The notes beneath the pieces were generated by a model. The model searched no databases, was not told the DNA's origin, and was given only the letters and a program-made list of their open reading frames with translations. A stretch of DNA of 64,000 bases, from the NCBI GenBank assembly GCA_036785375.1, contig JAWMAR010000916.1, positions 372,001-436,000 of the forward strand, written 5' to 3'. Of the stretch, positions 61,301-64,000 are shown piece by piece; position 1 is the first letter of the stretch; the number at the start of each line of letters is the position of its first letter. The DNA is from Leucoraja ocellata. Lineage: Eukaryota. The translations under genes and the position numbers were made by a program.

Positions 61301-64000
61301 TAAACTGAATTTAATGGCAGACAACAGGTCACTCGAAGTCTATGAAAACACTGTATGGATGTTGGGGAAAGTATTGCTGGAATTACAGCACGGTATGGAA
61401 CACCAGATAACGACCTATTCACATCCATGCTCACACCAGTTATCGAATTAGGTTCTTGGGAACCAGAACCTGGGGCAGTGGCTACAGATGCATTTTCGCT
61501 GCATTGGTGGATTATTTATGCATTCCCTCCTTTGCCTCATCAGTCGGGTATTTAGGAATAAACAGTAGACTCCGCGTCTGGTATTTTGATAGTACCCGAT
61601 TGGCCTACTCAACCATGGGTCCCGTTGATATCGACATGGTTTTAGAACCATGCATCACCATCCATCATAAACCTAATTTACTGGTTCTTCCCGCAACAAG
61701 GGGAGTTACCCATGTCATAATTATATAAACCTATTAATTTATAGAGTTGAAAGCACCTCTACTACACATGGGACTGACGGACCGAACAGTGGAATTATTT
61801 CAGCGGGCCACAGACAGTCCACCAAAAAATCAGTACTTGGTGTCATCAAGAAATGGGAAGTACTGTCACAACAATAAACATCACCCACAGATCTATGAAC
61901 ATCCCGTCTGTTCTGGAATTCCTGGCAAGCCTTCATTACGATGAGGGGCTCAGTCATAGTGCCATCAACTGCGCCAGAAGTGCTCTGTCAACATACCTGT
62001 GGCAAGGAACAGAGCAGCATTCTGTTGGGACACACCCTGGTAACCAAACTCATGAGGGGCATTTTAATATTAATCCCCCAAGAACCAGGTACTCCCAAAT
62101 ATGGGATGTGAGCATTGTACTGACCATGTTAAGAAACTGGTCTCCAGCTACAGCTCTGTCCCTACAGAAACTGACTATGAAAACAGTCATGCTGATGGCC
62201 TTGGTTACGGCACAAAGGGTCCAGTCACTACAGAAACTAAGGTTGGACAACATGATTATTTCATCTGGAAATTTAACTTTTCACATTAATGAAATAGTCA
62301 AACAGAACAGACAGGGGTCAGCAGGCCTAAAAACAGAATTCAGGGCCTACTCAGCAGATGTTCGTCTCTGTATTGTAACACACTTACTATTATATATGGA
62401 GTATACTAAGATCATCAGAGGGAAAGAAATGTCACTTTAAACAGCTACAAACAGCCACTCAAAACAGTGACAGTCCAGACCATCTCTAGATGGCTAAAAC
62501 AGGTCCTAATAAAGGCTGGAGTAGACACTAACATTTTAAAATCTCACTCCACCAGGGCTGCAGCTACATCGGCAGCTATGAAGTTGGACGTTCCTATGGA
62601 CAAAATCCTCAAGACAGCAGGATGGTCAACGGAGGAAACTTTCCAATGACTTTATAACAATCCAGTCATTGAACCTGGAATATTTGCAGAAACAAATTTA
62701 AGTTCTGTAATATAATTTACCCCATAAATAGAGGCAATAATTGGTGTTAATATTTTTATCGTTGGGTTTCAATGTCGTATTGATGTCTAATGATGTTAGC
62801 TATATTCTCCCCATAATCAAGGCAGATGTGATGCATGCACTCGTTTCCACGGCATGAAATCACAGAGCTTTAAAATCTTCACGTAGTCACTCACGTGACT
62901 CCGAAGTAAAATAGTAAGATTAAATGAGAACTTACCAGTTTGAAGTTTGATCGTTATTTTATGAGGAGTAACGTTGAGGGAATACGTGCCCTCCGCTCCC
63001 ACCCTTGATCATATACTCAACTGGTATCTCTTCTCTAATCTTACTATGTTTAGTCATTACAGTTATCTGAGATTTCACACCGCTGCTTTGAAGAATGACA
63101 CGCGTGCGTCCTGGCGGGGTTCTTCACGTATTCCCTCAACGTTACTCCTCATAAAATAACGATCAAACATCAAACTGGTAAGTTCTCGTTTAATCTTACT
63201 ATTTTATATGTTTCTACAAGATCCCACCTCATCCTTCTAAACTCCAGTGAATACAAGTCTAGTTTTTTCATTCTTTCTTCGTACGACAGTCCCGCCATCC
63301 CAGGGATCAATCTCGTGAACCTACGCTGCACTGCCTCAATCACAAGGATGTCCTTCCTCAAATTAGGAGACCAAACTGTACACAATAATCTATACAATAC
63401 TCTATCCAGGGCCCTATACAACTGCAGAAGAACCTCTTTACTCCTATACTGAAATCCTTTGGTTATGAAGGCCAACATTCCATTAGCTTCCTTCACTGCC
63501 TGCTGTACCTGTAAGCCAACTTTCAGTGACCGGTGTACAAAGACACCCAAGGCTTGCTGCACATCCCCCTTACCTAACCTAACCCCATTGAGATAATAAT
63601 CTGCCCCCTTGTTTTTGCCACCAAAGTGGATAACCTCACATTTATCTATATTATACTGCATCTGCCCACTCACTCAACCTGTCCAGGTCACCCTGCAATC
63701 TCCTAACATCTTCTTCACAGTTCACACTGCCACCCAGCTTTGTGTCATCCACAAACGTGCTAGTGCTGCTCCTAATTCCCTCTTCCAAATCATTAATATA
63801 TATGGTAAACAGTTGCGGCCCCAAAACCGAGCCTTGCGGCCCTCCACTCGCCACTGCCTGTCATTCTGAAAAGGACTCGTTCACTCCTACTCTTTGCTTC
63901 CGGTCTGCCAACCAATTTTCCATCCATGTCAACACCCTACCCCCAATACCATGTGCTCTAATTTTAGTTACCAGTCTCCCGTGCGGGACCTTATCAAAGG
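58389..64000 (-). mobile_element. CR1-type LINE interrupted by DIRS copy 2 (pieces 58389-58742 and 63204-64000)
   Basis: The sequence rejoins as ...TTTATA|ATT|TTATATGTTTCTAC. ORFs 63170..63673 and 63651..63854 contain PQGSVLGP and KCEVIHFG. Confidence 0.88.
58743..63203 (+). mobile_element. DIRS1-type element, copy 2 (coding regions heavily decayed)
   Basis: Same terminal repeats as copy 1, ICR at 62876-62988, ATT at both ends. YR remnants 61853..62649 (KSHSTRAAATS). Confidence 0.92.

Overview
This is repeat-dense eukaryotic DNA, most likely from a cartilaginous fish (skate or ray). The inference rests on HE1/V-SINE-type SINEs together with CR1, L2, Rex/Babar, Penelope, Tx1/Keno-like and DIRS1 elements. 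Host-gene content: (1) A B7-family (CD80/CD86/ICOSL-like) gene on the minus strand at about 30.9-49.6 kb. A ~6.4-kb IgV+IgC module has been tandemly triplicated, apparently by SINE-SINE crossover, giving exon order V-C-V-C*-V-TM-cyt. The second C exon has a nonsense codon and the third C exon has been deleted. (2) A U2 snRNA gene cut at nt 38/39, the known Keno/Utopia target site. It is occupied not by a retrotransposon but by a polyadenylated, intronless LAMTOR2 retrocopy. Mobile elements include a young TSD-flanked L1 with an intact ORF2 but no ORF1, two DIRS1 elements with intact terminal repeats and ICRs but decayed coding regions, and several non-autonomous DNA transposons with TSDs, often nested. 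Most short ORFs in the track are repeat fragments or antisense shadows. All family assignments are from memory and pattern recognition; no database searches were run.
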